A stretch of 63,904 nt of DNA, filler included, from Olpidium bornovanus S191 (GCA_017911155.1; 23 parts of 23 records of this genome joined end to end with filler, not necessarily neighbours in it), one strand, 5' to 3'; shown: positions 39,596 through 52,803, counted from the first letter of the whole stretch. Notes: a model not told the origin generated them from the sequence alone. Program-made: numbers and translations.

Positions 39596-40624
39596 GGGAG
39601 AGAAAGAAAAAGAGAAAAAGAGAGAAAAAAACTCGATCATTGGCCGAGACCGGCCGATAAACTCGATGTCTCGGCGGGGAAAGTGCCGTACATGCCTACT
39701 AATGCACGGCTGATGATGAATCCCACTCAACTTGTAAAACGACTCTGCGGTTCCAAATTTTCCCGGGCCGCACTCATATGATACTAGACTCCACGAACGT
39801 CCTTTACATATAGCTTGCGCGTGTCGTTAATTTCATTTTTCCTCGCAATCTAGCCTTCAACGTCGTACGGAAGCAATATACCTCCCGGTCCGCGGACGTT
39901 CGCCATGATTCGTAGAAGGTGGCCATGTTCAAAAACGTTTCTGATTTCAGTTTTTATTTGAGCGTGACAAATTGATGAGGGGTTGTTAGTCCAGCAGAGC
40001 CAAGTATTTTGGGAAAACCATTTCACGAACGTTCGACATGCACAATTTTGGTACGCGCGTGCAATTTCACGCGCAATTGTCTTCTTGGCCGGGTTGGAGT
40101 GTGGGTGACGCGCTCCGCGTTGTTCGCCTTTTTAGCAGCGGTGATTCAATTGGCAACNNNNNNNNNNNNNNNNNNNNNNNNNNNNNNNNNNNNNNNNNNN
40201 NTTAATTAATTAANNNNNNNNNNNNNNNNNNNNNNNNNNNNNNNNNNNNNNNNNNNNCGCCCTCTTTGTTCCCCGCTACTGCCCTCCAACCCCGGGAGCT
40301 GCCGGCCGCTCGTCCGAGAGCGTCGCAGTCGCAGGCGATTGGAACTAGGCTACCGTGGGGGGTCCGTCGAGAGACCGCTGACACTTCCTCAAAAGGTGTT
40401 ATGTTTTGGTTTTTTTTGTATTCCGCGAGTTTTTATGCGCAAAGTGGGCGGGAAACGGAAATCGTTGCAAGTGTGTGATGGGGGAAAGTTTTGTTTTTTT
40501 GCGCAAAGCAGGGGGGGGGGGCCGATATTCCCCTCCGACACCGGCGTTCGACGTCCGCGCGTTGGCCGAGCAGATGAGACCGGCCGAGGGGCGCGCTGCG
40601 GTTATCTAATTCACAAAGGAACAC

Positions 40625-41730
40625 GGGGTGTTCAAAGATGAGAATATTTCGTTGTATTTGAAGCAGTTTGAGTGCACGGTGCGGCAAAGGGAGCTACGTT
40701 CGGTACTTCAAACTGATGGTGCATGAAGTTTGTGATGAGCAGGTACACGCTGCCACTGAAAGGCACTCGTGGACTCAGGCAAAAGAGCGTCTTTGGGAGC
40801 TGTTTAATAATTAATATCTTATAATATATGATTTATATATAATATATAATATTTATACTTTCCGATCTTGAGATGCGTCTTGGATGACGGCCCGCAAGTT
40901 CGCGAAATGGATGGAAAGCAAGCACGACATGGACGATGTGGACACCATTCTCAGGGCATTTGATAGGAAGTACAAGTCGCTCGACCCGAGGGAGAGGGCG
41001 CGTGTGTTCGACAAGACGGAGTACCTGATGCGCACGCTGCCTGCGGACCGTCGTGCCGAAATTGCGAAGGAGCTGCGAGATGGGGAGAACTTTGCTACCG
41101 ACTGGGAACACCTTACCACGGTCACCCGAGAAGTGGCCCACCGCGACTGGCTGTTGCGCCGTGTTGAGGACATCACTTTGGACTCGCGCTTCCCCTAGGA
41201 AGCAGTGGAGAGAGCATCGCCAGCCGAGCCTCACAACCCGCCTCCTCGGGCATGGCCGAGGGGTGTCGACCCAAGCAAAGCAAGGACGACCAGGCAAGTA
41301 GGCCAGGGGCACCGCGCAGTCGAGGACGAGGTGAGTGAGCTCGCTCACCAAATGAGTGCGTTGCGTTTGGATTTGAACCATGTGCTTGTGAACGGGGGGT
41401 ACCCGAGCGGGCAAGGGCCGGCCCGACTGCCCACGCAAAACCTGTGTATTTGGGACGATGCGACTGGGCACCGTCACCACCAATGCCAAAACTTCGAGGC
41501 GGCGCTACACGCGGGCGCGGTCAAGCTGGTCGACGGAAGGATCTGCCGGCCCGACGGAAGCGTCCTTGGGACTCGGTTCGGGCGAGGAGAGATCCGAGAG
41601 ACGGTGCGAGAGGAGCAAGGATACGCATCCCCAGGGCCCCTGGCCCTGGGTTGGCGAACCCCCCCGCTGTCTGCGGATTTGCGATATGGGCCCACAGTGA
41701 TTAGCGCAGCGATCAATTACCGAAGAATGG
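40625..41730 (+). mobile_element. Ty3/gypsy-like gag relic
   Basis: VFKDENISLYLKQFE; SWTQAKERLWELF..DASWMTARKFAKW; VSELAHQMSALRL; CIWDDATGHRHHQC..ALHAGAVKLVDGRI..FGRG. Stops and frameshifts present. Confidence 0.65.
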
Positions 41731-43472
41731 CCTGAACAACTCTTCAAAAGGTTCTTTGAGCTTATCTTTGAATGTGCGTTATTGGTGGCTTGCGGAGNNN
41801 NNNNNNNNNNNNNNNNNNNNNNNNNNNNNNNNNNNNNNNNNTTAATTAATTAANNNNNNNNNNNNNNNNNNNNNNNNNNNNNNNNNNNNNNNNNNNNCCA
41901 TGAAGTGAACAGGATTAAGTCAAAGCCTTGTCGTCACAGTAATAATATGAATTTTATACTTAATACGTATATCAATGTTTACAATAATAATTATCGTAGT
42001 GATAACTTTATTGATAATTCTAATATTAAGTTACGCAATGATGCCGTCTGAAGTCACAGGACGGGTTAGAATGCCCAAAGACGGCATGTTCACGAACCTC
42101 ACTTAGAGCACTGGCATCGGTGATGCCATTTTATTCAGTAGCCTTTTCGACACATGCTGGATGGCGAGTGTCCAAATTGCCAACGCCGCCGGTGCGTGTG
42201 ATGGCGCGGGCTTCATCTCTCGTAAGTCCGCTTACGAACGGGTCATGATCTCAACGCAACGTGATCAAGAAGATTTTCGGGCCGCCGCCCAGCGAAGAGA
42301 ACATTCGCCCGACCCAAATCAGCCGGAACGGAAATCGCGCGCCGCCATCCGCGGCGACCCCTGCCTGGACGCAGGCCAACGGGGAAGGCCGGGGGTAAGG
42401 AGGGGGGGTGTGAGGTAGGTGTTCGGCGCACGAGGCCTGACGTCACGGCCGCCGCGCGGCCGCGAATCGCAGAACCTAGACGCTGCGAGGGCGCACGATC
42501 GCGCAATTTGCCCCCATGTGACCAAGTCTTGGAGCGTATTTTTCGAAATACGACCGGAAACCAGACGGGAGACGTGACGACGAAATAAAAACTTTGAACG
42601 TCTCAGGCATCGGCAGCGGAAAGAAAGCTGACGCGGCACAATCGCCACAGTTGCCGTTGCGGTTGCTCAACGATGGGGATTGCCGCGGTCAGGAAAGCCT
42701 ATTTTGACTTTGTTTGTTCATTGTGCCGCTTTCTGCCTCGCAATTCGCACCTCATCCGGAGTGGGGGGAGGGAGGCCCGAGGGGACGTGATAATCTAACT
42801 ACCCCTTCCACACACACATGTACACACACATTCCGCCCGGATGCCGCCGGCGGCGCCCGCCACACACGCCGAACCGGCGCCCCAGACTCCGCCGGTGATT
42901 TCCTTATCAAGCACCTCTGCGCCGTCGCTTGCCGTTGACATTTTGTCCTCCGAGCGTCACCGATGCCAAAAACGCGGATTCCGTGCCAAACAAAATCTAC
43001 CATGCGGACAAACGTGCCATTCGGGCCCCCCTGTTCATCACGTGCTTAACGCCCGCAAACAGTGCCGGGAACCGTGGCCAACAGCAACGCTGGCCGTGAT
43101 CCGCCGAAAGGGGGTGCAANNNNNNNNNNNNNNNNNNNNNNNNNNNNNNNNNNNNNNNNNNNNTTAATTAATTAANNNNNNNNNNNNNNNNNNNNNNNNN
43201 NNNNNNNNNNNNNNNNNNNGGAACATTTTTGAGTCTTCTGACGGAGGTGTGTGTTTTTTTTTGTGGGGGGGGGGTTCTCGCACTAACGTTACTTTCAGCC
43301 TGTAATGTCGGAAGCCGCAGCCAGGGAGAGCGTTGACATGGGCGAAGGTGCTACCGACGAGATAAGGTAAACTAAATCGGCGCCTTCTGGCGAAAACTGG
43401 GGCACCCTCTCTTCCGTCGAACCACCCAGCTAATTTCTGACCCCTCGGATCATGTTATCCCCCCCCCCCCCC

Positions 43473-43511
<39 letters not shown>

Positions 43512-43621
43512 CGGGGGGCGACTCGGAAAACGGAACACACACGGCACGCCCGGACTGGCGAGAGCGAGACAGAGACAGAGTACACTCGCACCAGATCAGG
43601 CGGCCGGCCCGACCAAACGAG

Positions 43622-43653
<32 letters not shown>

Positions 43654-43890
43654 ACCCCCCCCCCCCGCCCCCCCCCCCCCCCCCACTACACCCCCACCCC
43701 TCCGTCCGCCGGGGCGCGCGCGGCTGTGGCACGGGGCGGGGGGGCGGGTGGTCCGACTGCTCGGGTTGGCGGGAGGGGCCGTCGCGGTCGCGGGGGCTGC
43801 CGAGTAAGCCGTTTTCGGGCGGTCGGCGGTTTCAAAGGGCTTCGGCCTCTTCTTACCCGCCCCCGCCCCCGACGACGGGGCGTTTCTGCG

Positions 43891-43950
<60 letters not shown>

Positions 43951-44116
43951 TTCGCCCCCTTTGGCACCCCGCGTGGATTTTCTTTTTTGGGGGGGAGGGG
44001 GGGGAGGGGAAGAAAGAGAGAGTGAACCCGCAAGGTCCTTTCCTCCTCCCCTAATTCTCGCTCCCCTCTTTCTGTTCCCGCCCGGGGGGGGGGGGGGGGG
44101 GGGGGGGGGCCCCCCC

Positions 44117-44153
<37 letters not shown>

Positions 44154-44240
44154 CAAACTTCGCCCCCCCTAAACCTCCGGTTTGGTCGAATTTGCCCACG
44201 CGAAAAGCGGTTCCGAAAAAACAGCTGCGTATTCAGCCCA

Positions 44241-44284
<44 letters not shown>

Positions 44285-44916
44285 GCTGAACGGCTCAGAG
44301 GACAGTGGTGTACGGTCTGGTTTTGTTTACTTTTATTGTGTATGGTAGAGCAACTATGGAAAGGCGTCTTGAGAAGCCCTGTTTGGCTGGGGTCACCCGA
44401 AATCAGAGTCACATGACCAACAGAAAAGTCCGCCAACACCCCCCTTTGAGAGGCGGTCGGTGGAGGACAGGCTCTCGTGGATGGAGAAGGAAAAGACATG
44501 AAATAAGAGGGAAAACCTCAGAGTGCGAAAGAGCATCAGGGAGCGACGGATAATGAAAATGATGAGGAAAGTATAGAGAATAAAAGAGAGAGGATAAAAA
44601 CAACGTCGTCCGTCAANNNNNNNNNNNNNNNNNNNNNNNNNNNNNNNNNNNNNNNNNNNNTTAATTAATTAANNNNNNNNNNNNNNNNNNNNNNNNNNNN
44701 NNNNNNNNNNNNNNNNCATGCACTCACGCAGGACGGGAAGTATTCAACGACCCCGCGTCTGCCGGCGCGGCTCGGAATTCTTCCACGGAGGTGGAATTGT
44801 CGAGTTCGACATAAGTTCCTCTCACCATTCTCCATTTTCTATGCTCCCGTTGCACCACTTCAACTTTGCCAACTTTTCACAACATCGGCGTGATTTTGTG
44901 GAGCACCGGAATCGGG

Positions 44917-45700
44917 TCAGTAGAATGGATCCAACGTCTCGCGGTCGGACTTGCCAAGGAGCAGTTCCGTACCGATGCTTTTCCTGCTTCCGGTAGATAC
45001 CCTGCTCTGGCGCGATGCCGGACGGCTCTTTCCCGGAGAAGAAGGGCGGGATGTCCACGTGCTTGAGCACGACCGGACGGAAGACGGACCTGACTCGCGG
45101 CGCTTCTGGAGGGCGGGACTCCTAGGCCGCGGCGATTCGGCCTCAAATCCGACGGGGTGGGTGAGGACGGCGGGCGGCGAGTCCCCCCTGGCCGAATGAA
45201 TGATCGCCCTGTCCAGGTCGTCCTCCTCTCCTGTTTCATCGCCGTCACCTTCGTCCAGCGCGCTGTGGAACAGCTGGCGCCGTTTGTCCGAGCGAGGGGA
45301 ACCCCTTCCGATCGTGACCATCCCGCTCGACGGGCGCGACGGCGGGGCCTTGCCATCCTCGTCGTCGCAGGTCTCCGCAGCCGAAGCGGCAGCGCCGCCG
45401 GGAGCGGCCGACGGCGGCGCCGGTAACGTGATCAGCCCGTGGAAGCCCGGCGAGGGCGTCCTGGAACTCCGTTTGGATCCTCCGCGCGAGGCCCACTCGT
45501 TCTCCGATCCGCTCGATCCGACGTCCGACCGGCTTCGCTGGCCGCCCGGCGGCCACCTCCCGTCTCGTTTCTCCGCCGGTTTCCTCTTCTTCCCGGCGCT
45601 CTCCTGGCGTATCTGCTGGCGTCGCTTCTGCTCCGCTTCCCTCAGCTGGATGTTTCTTTCTAGTGCGGCCCTTGCGGAAGCGCAAAGAAGCGCAGAAAAC
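44917..45700 (-). CDS. Hypothetical low-complexity protein, C-terminal fragment
   Basis: Long open minus frame ERNIQLREAEQKRRQQIRQE...DEGDGDETGEEDDLD...RETLDPFY*. No domain recognised. Confidence 0.4.
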
Positions 45701-46240
45701 GAAGGCAGAAAAAAAGGCAGAACGTCAGCCCTTGCATTCTTGGGAGGCGGCTGAACGGTAAGTCGGGCGGGAAGAGGGCGATGGGCTGCCGACAGCAGAA
45801 TTCGTCGAAACGGCCCGGAGCAAGTTGAACCGGTCGCCGATCCCGTTTCCGAGTTCCACGCAAGTCCGAATGTGGTTGGGGGGGGGGGNNNNNNNNNNNN
45901 NNNNNNNNNNNNNNNNNNNNNNNNNNNNNNNNTTAATTAATTAANNNNNNNNNNNNNNNNNNNNNNNNNNNNNNNNNNNNNNNNNNNNCATGCATTACAA
46001 CCCTTTTGTTTTAGGAGTCTGCGAAACCGATATGGCAGAGTGAGACCCCAGGCGTCGTTGGTGAATTTACACAAGATGCGCCGACTTCCGACTATTCGAG
46101 TCCCCTCCGCATATTAACATCAGCTCGTGATAAGACAGCATAACGGTATAATTGCAAAGCCCGCGCAGAAAGTCGCCGAACGCCAGCGGGCTTGGATGAG
46201 GGATTTGGAACGTGCGTAGGCACACAGGCGGCGACTTTCT

Positions 46241-46899
46241 TCACGCTCCGACGGTCTTGGACATGTACTTGTGCGGGATCCCCTCCTCCCAGAAGATTGC
46301 GGGGTCGTCCACCTCGTATCCGTGGCGCTCGTAGAACTGGACCTTGTCCAGCTGGGCGTGCAGGACGATCCTGCGCGCGCGGAGCGTGTTGGCAGCGAAG
46401 AGTTCCAACTCGCGGACCAGCACGCGCGCGTAGCCCTTGCCGCGGTGCGCGCTGGTGACGGCCAGCCGGCCCAGGTGGGCGGTGGTGCCGTCCTCCTCGA
46501 CATACACCCGCACGGTCCCGGCGGCCTTCGCGCCCGGCACGTCGGCCGGGTACAGCGTCCAGTGGTGCGCGATGTCGTCTTCGCTGCAAGAGGCGGAGAT
46601 GTGTGGAGGGAGGAAGAGATCGCCGTGGGTCAGCAGCGGGGGGTGCAAGAAGCAACGGGCGGGGTGGTTTCCCCCGCGGCGGCGGGGTCCTCCTGCAGGA
46701 ACAGAAGACAGAAAACCAGCGGGGGGCGGCCGCGGTCGGTTGAAACGCACGGGTCCAGCTCGTTCTCTTCCGGGACGTTCTGCTCGGCGACGAACACCTC
46801 GAAGCGCACGGCCTGGGCGCCCTCCCAGTCGCCGTGCGGATCGTTCGCCCTCGTGAAGCGGCGCACGAGGAGCGGATCGGCAACGCCGGCGGCTGACAT
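46241..46899 (-). CDS. GNAT N-acetyltransferase, ElaA/YjcF-like, 2 exons (intron 46750-46584)
   Basis: AVRFEVFVAEQNVPEENELDP|EDDIAHHW...AGTVRV..AHLGRLAVTSAHRGKGYARVLV..LHAQ..KVQFYERHGY..FWEEGIPHKYMSK. Confidence 0.92.
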
Positions 46900-47740
46900 A
46901 GAGGCAAACTCTGACGCGCGGCAGCACAGTCGGTGTTGAACCAAGCTGTAGACACCGAAGGGAGTACGGAGCGGCCGGCAGAGCCCGGCACGGGCAGGGA
47001 GACGGGTTCGAGAACAAAATTCTGTGTGCCCTCCGCGTTCGAACGCCGTCTATCTCTATCTACCACTACGCGGTTCTACCGTTTTAAGCCGCACCTTCCG
47101 GAGGGGGTGTTTGGCCAGCTGTCGTCCACGCGCCAACCGACGGCGAAACTTTTCGAGCGGGGACTCGCGAGAAAAGGACAGGCCCGGACAGGTCGACCCT
47201 CCAACGTGCCCCACCTCCCGCTCCGGGTGAGCGTGCCACAACGTCCTCTCACATTTCGAGACTGCTTTGAACTATGTAGCGGTGCGGGACTACGCTCGGC
47301 ACGGACGCGTGGCAAGCGCGGGGATATTTTGCTGAAAGCGTGGAATTCGGCCCGATCGTATCTTCTTTGAGCTGTATTTCGTCAAACGCACGTTGAAAGG
47401 GTCTCAGCTGGTTCACCTCTGTCGCTCTTGGACTTCGTTGTCTCCGCGTACCTTCCCCTGGGGGCTGCCGCTGCACTGGTTGTTCGCGTGCTGCTGATCC
47501 GCTGTTTGGGCGCCGAGAGTTGCGAGAATTTCCGCCGGACCTCCTTCGACTCTGCGCATCGGCTCAGCGTCTGCTGAGGCCATGNNNNNNNNNNNNNNNN
47601 NNNNNNNNNNNNNNNNNNNNNNNNNNNNTTAATTAATTAANNNNNNNNNNNNNNNNNNNNNNNNNNNNNNNNNNNNNNNNNNNNCATGAAGAAGATGTTA
47701 CTTTTTCCGCCACTTCTCTTTGGTTGTCGTTCTAGTTATC

Positions 47741-47848
47741 GTCGTTGGCGTCATTGGCGTCATCCGCGCCATTGGCGTCGTTGGCGACATCGGCGTCATT
47801 GGCATCTTTGGCTTCATTGGCGTCATTGGCGTCATCGGCGTCGTCCGC
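47741..47848. repeat. Degenerate 9-bp tandem repeat, 12 units (gtcattggc consensus)
   Basis: Direct reading. The minus frame gives (DAN)n; the plus frame gives (GVI)n. Confidence 0.85.
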
Positions 47849-50144
47849 AGCAGCCGGGCTGGGCGTTGCAGCGGGCGCAGGTGCAGGGGGGGCGGCCGCC
47901 TGGTTATCCATCGTGGCGGGGCCCGGAGTGGGCATTGCGACGGGTTGCGCGCCGTCCTGGACGTCGTCCTGCTGGTCCTAAAGGGCGTTTTGCCGGTCCT
48001 GTGCGCCGTCTTGCTGGTCCTGTGTGCTGCCCTGCTGATACCGGCTGCAGTTACGCTGACGGCCACCGTCGCCGCCGCCGCCGCCGCCTTCGCCGTCGCC
48101 ACGCTTAACAAGCGGAGCGTGAGTCACGGGGGCGGAGGTCACGACGTCGTGGTGCCGTCTTCTTGAGGTCCGCCGACTTCGGAATGCCCGTTATTCTCGC
48201 TCTGTCCTTAAACCCTTCTTCCCCGGGCCCCGTCCCGCCTCCGCGCCCCGCCGGATCCCGTCACCTGCGATATTCAAGAAAGGACAGGGCGACACCCTCC
48301 CGCGCCGCTGCCGTCGCCGCCGCCGAAGCCGCGAAACAGAACTCCTGCGCGTCCTCTGCCACCGCAAAAAATCTGCTAATTGCCTCGATCGCCGTCGTCG
48401 ACTCCGGCGTCTTGACGTCTTGTGGAAGTGCTGGTACTATAAAAGCCCGTTGCAAGGGCGCATGAATTTAAAACCTACGGCAAGGGTTGGCGCCGCTGTC
48501 GTGACGCCGGTTGCAAGAGAGAGCTGGCATTCGCGTGGAGCCGGCGTAGAGCAGCACTGCAGGTGCGGCGTCGCTCCGTCCCTTCCTCACCTCATTACAC
48601 AAAGCCACCTCGCTCCCGCCGCTTTCCCCGGCCCTGACCCGCAGCCCGCGCCTCAGACCCTACCCCCGACGACCCCACCCTTCCCCCATGTTTGCCCAGG
48701 AACCAAGAGACACGCCATCGCGGCGGAAAAGACACGTCCGGACACGCCCTTTGCACCAACAAGCCGGGTTAAAGTTCTCTTGCGCCTTCCGCGACGGCAA
48801 TCTTTGGGGAATGTTGGCGTGGCCGCGACCTGTGCGCAGGCCACCCCGGCACAAGTTGCTTGTTCGCCGGGAAGGAAGAGACCGCCGGCAAACACGAGTC
48901 CCGGGAGTCCGCTCTCGCAGTACTAGGCAGTTCGCCTTTGTTGTAGTCGTGCGAAAAAGGCTTTGCGTACCCGGGCGCGGCAGACCCCGCTGTCTTGCCC
49001 CCGGGGAAAAGCGACCTGTTCGCTGGGGAATGAAGAAACGATTGTCTGGGGAAAACGGGATCGGGGAAATCCCCGCTCGCAGTGCCGCACCCGGTTTTCT
49101 TTGCACCCGCGCGAAATTGGCCCTGTGCCTCTGGACCAGGGGGTCCCGGGGAGCAAAGCGTTCGCGTGGTTTATCTGGCAAGCTTCCCGCACTCATCGCA
49201 CGGCGACCGGCCCCGCCCGGCAGTTTTTCTCGAAACTGGTGCCCAACGGCGGGGCGGGGGCGATTGAGTTTCCCATGCGGGTGCACATGGCCGCCGAACG
49301 GGCGGCTGTTTCCAGATATTCGGATTCATTAGGCCGAACGCGCAATTAGGAGCAAGACTGGGGTATTTCTGTTTCAGTCTTTAAGGGCGGGGTGATTTCA
49401 TTTTATCCAAAACAAAGAAGAACAAAAAAAAGAGAAAGTGATGGCGATGCGGCTGACGCTGTCAAACAAACGGTTTGTGATGACGAACGGCGGCGCCGGC
49501 TAGACACGCCCGGGCCACCGGGCGGACGCTTTCGCACGATAAAGAGGAACCTTCTGCTGAACTCTGCAGAAGGTACGCCGGCGACCGCCAGAAGTAAAAA
49601 GGAACAAAGTGAAAAGAAAAATCGAGTTCGCTTTTAAAATATGTCTTCATAATTTCTGGCTTCTGAATCAGCAACTAAATTAGCCTCTCGAACGCGTTGT
49701 GATGGGGATTGGAAAGGGGGGGGGAAGGTTTCTTTTTCCTTTTTTTTTTCCCCCGCGGTTAGCAGCAGCTAGAAAACGCCAATAATTTAGAACCGACAGC
49801 TGGGGATGAGGGACGGGGTGGGGGGGAAGTTAGCTCGGGTGGTGTCGCCCCCACATTCGCGGCGGTAGTCATGGCAACAAAACTGCGGTTTCCAGCCTGG
49901 GGGGCGACGCGTTCTTCAATAAAAAAACGCTTTGATTTTTTTTTTTTTTTTGCCAAGGTAACCGCACGCGTCAGAACGCGTCTCGGGGGCGGAGGGGGGG
50001 CGGATGGCCAAAGTTCGGGCGGGTCCTAAACAGAGGCCCTCCGAAAAAGACCAAAAAACCCGTCACTTCTCTCCTCGTTCTGACCAGACGTTTGCCCGAG
50101 CCGCCGCTTTCACCCAACCCGGACGACAGGAACCCGTCAACCAA

Positions 50145-51444
50145 ATGGCGGACGTATACCCGTGGCCGGAAAATGCTCGAGGACATGTGGCCGCCAAGCT
50201 GAAGGAGCTGCGCTCCCAGAACGCCAAACTCGCTGCCAACTTGCCGGCCAAAGGGAGCGCTGCCACCCTGTTTGGAGATGAGTCCCTCCCTGGTAAAGTG
50301 TCCGGTTCCTTTTTTTTTGGCTGTATTACGCCGGGATTCCCCCTCCCAAGGCGAGCCAATTCGCAAAATTTCGTTAAGGGTGGTTCGAGAACACTGAGCA
50401 AAACGCACGTCGAAAAACCCTCGGTTGGGGGTGGGGGGATGTGGGGGACCAACAGAAAAATCCCTCCCGTTTGAAGCCAAGGATCCGGACCAGATTTCGG
50501 CGGCAATCCCGGAGATCAATAAATTGCTTTTGACAAGCCAGGGAGGAGGAGGAGGAGGAGAGGGGGAGGGAGGAAGAGCGGCGAAACCGAGTGGCAAGCT
50601 GCTCCCGGACGGCGGCGGCAGGCAAGACGTCAAGCCCGGAGCCCACCACCACGGCAAGGCCGACCACTCGGCCGCCGCAGCGGGGACCGCCGGGATCACC
50701 AAGCTCGCGGTGTTCCGCGCGAGGCTCGCCCACCTCGAGCACTGCTGGCAGCAGGCCTACGGGACGAGTTACCGCGCGGCGCGGCTCGTCCCGCCCGGCG
50801 AGGTCGAGCTGCGGCTGGAGGAGTCGGACGACCTGTCCAAGGCCGAGTGCGCGAAGCTCGAGAGGCAGGTCCTGCAGGACATCGTCGACGCCATCCGCGG
50901 CTCGAACCTGCCCGCGCGCCTCAGCGAGGCCGTCTGGCAAAGCGCGGCGACCGTGGTCGCCCCGGGATTAGAGCGCGCGGCTTCGCCGCCGCCCGCCGCC
51001 GCCGCCGCCACCGCTGGGAAACCCAAGACCGGAGAGAACGGCGACGTCGAGCCGGTGGGTTTTCCCCGAGCCAGGTTGATGCCCCGCCCGAATTTGAGCT
51101 GATGTCCTCGCGCAAGGTCCGGGGAGTTTCCGGAGGAAAGGAGGACGGGGAGGAGGGGGAAGGGAAGGTATTCACAGCGCCGTTGGCTCACAAATTATTA
51201 TTTTCTTTTTTCTTTTTTGCTCCTAAAGTTCGAGGAGATCGTGGCGAAGCACAACGCAAAGCACCAGAGGGAGCAAGAGCGGATATCGCAAGCGTATCAC
51301 AAGGCCACGAGCCTACCAGACCCTTCGGCTCCGTACTTCCGCAAGCCCGGCAAGGCCGGCCGTCCTCTGAGCAAAACGAAACGCTTCCTGAGGAGACTGT
51401 CGTCGCTCTTTACTTTAGGCCGCCGCCGCGAAGTTCAGGCGTAA
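50145..51444 (+). CDS. Hypothetical multi-exon protein
   Basis: MADVYPWPENARGHVAAKLKELRSQNAKL...; middle exon KLAVFRARLAHLEHCWQQAY...LERQVLQDIVDAI; last exon FEEIVAKHNAKHQREQERIS...*. Plausible splice sites, no family recognised. Confidence 0.5.
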
Positions 51445-51766
51445 ATGCGCGAAAACACCTCCCACCCCCCTCCACCCCCTGCTCCCCCACACACGCCGCC
51501 TCCAATGCGGAAAGCAGCTGTGACTGCGCCCGGCGGAAAAGTGACCATGCGCCTCATTCGCCGTTCAAACAAATGCACTTTTGTTTTCACGATTTCGCTT
51601 GGAAGCCCAAAAGGATAACCACCACCGCCCCCCACCCCCCTCCACTGTTAGGAATAAAGAACCGAGNNNNNNNNNNNNNNNNNNNNNNNNNNNNNNNNNN
51701 NNNNNNNNNNTTAATTAATTAANNNNNNNNNNNNNNNNNNNNNNNNNNNNNNNNNNNNNNNNNNNN

Positions 51767-52770
51767 CATGAAGGTCCTGTACAAGAAGATCACCGCGGGA
51801 GACTTCGCTTGCCCCGACCACCTGGCTCCGGGTGTGTGAAAGAGAACATTATAGGGGGAAAACATCCCCCCCTTGATTTTTTTTTCTTTTTTTCTTTTTT
51901 TTTTTTTTTTTTTTCCTTTTTTGCTGGTTTTTTTTTTTTTTTTCGTTCGTCAGTTTTTGCCCTCGTTTCCGGGAACCCGGTTTTTAGATTTTCGACCTTT
52001 TTGACTGATTTTCACCATCATCTCACACGCCCCACCCACCTGCGCGCCCCCGCTCCTCTAAAAACACAAGGCGCCCGGCATCTCATCTGCCGATTGCTGA
52101 CGGTGGACCCGAAGCGAAGGGCGACGCTGGCAGAAGTCAAGATGCACGAGTGGGTCCTGGAGCGGTACGGGTACCCTCCGGAAAACCACCTGCCGAATCG
52201 GCCCAAGATCACGGGCCCGGCGCAGCTGAACGACGACATCGTGAAGCGGATGGAGTCGTTCGGGTACTCGGCGGAAGACGTCCGCCGGGCGTACTTCGAG
52301 GGCGACCAGGAGCGGCCCGACCCGGTCCGGAGCACCTACTACCTGCTCAGCGAGCTGCTCAAGCGGGAGGAGGTGCGCCTGTCCAACGAGTCGCTCGCGC
52401 CGACCCTGGTGGCCGAGCCGGCCACCGTCGCTGAGCTGCAGCAGCTGCCTTCTCCGCCGCCGCCGGGGTCCGCGGAGAAACCGCAACCGCCGTGGCCGCC
52501 GCGGTCGGCGGAAAAAAAGCAGTCTCCGCCGCTCCCCCTCCCGCCGGCTCCCGCGGCGGCGGCGGCGGCGAAATCGAACCGCCAACACCGTAAGCTCGCC
52601 GCCGGTTTCAACGACGACGACGGTGGCGACGACAGGTTCGCGGAGCGCGCCCCCCGACGGAACCACCGCCCGCGACGCCGCCGCGACGGTTCCGCGCCGG
52701 CGTCCCCGGCCCGCGCGCCCGCCTCCCCGATGTGCGTCGATCCCGCGAGTTCCGACAGCTCGGTTGACGA

Positions 52771-52803
<33 letters not shown>

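Noticed and set aside
44822-45070. Possible gag start (DIPPFFSGK)
   Set aside because: Overlaps a longer, more plausible ORF on the same strand and lacks further gag motifs.
47970-47985. Genome-wide TAG=Gln reassignment suggested by the CAG/TAG repeat variant
   Set aside because: TAG is a normal terminator in the SH3BGR-like (16507) and PRP19 (61058) genes.
47720-48166. Plus-strand hydrophobic G-x-x (collagen-like or membrane) ORF
   Set aside because: Likely an antisense shadow of the 9-bp repeat; no collagen Pro content.
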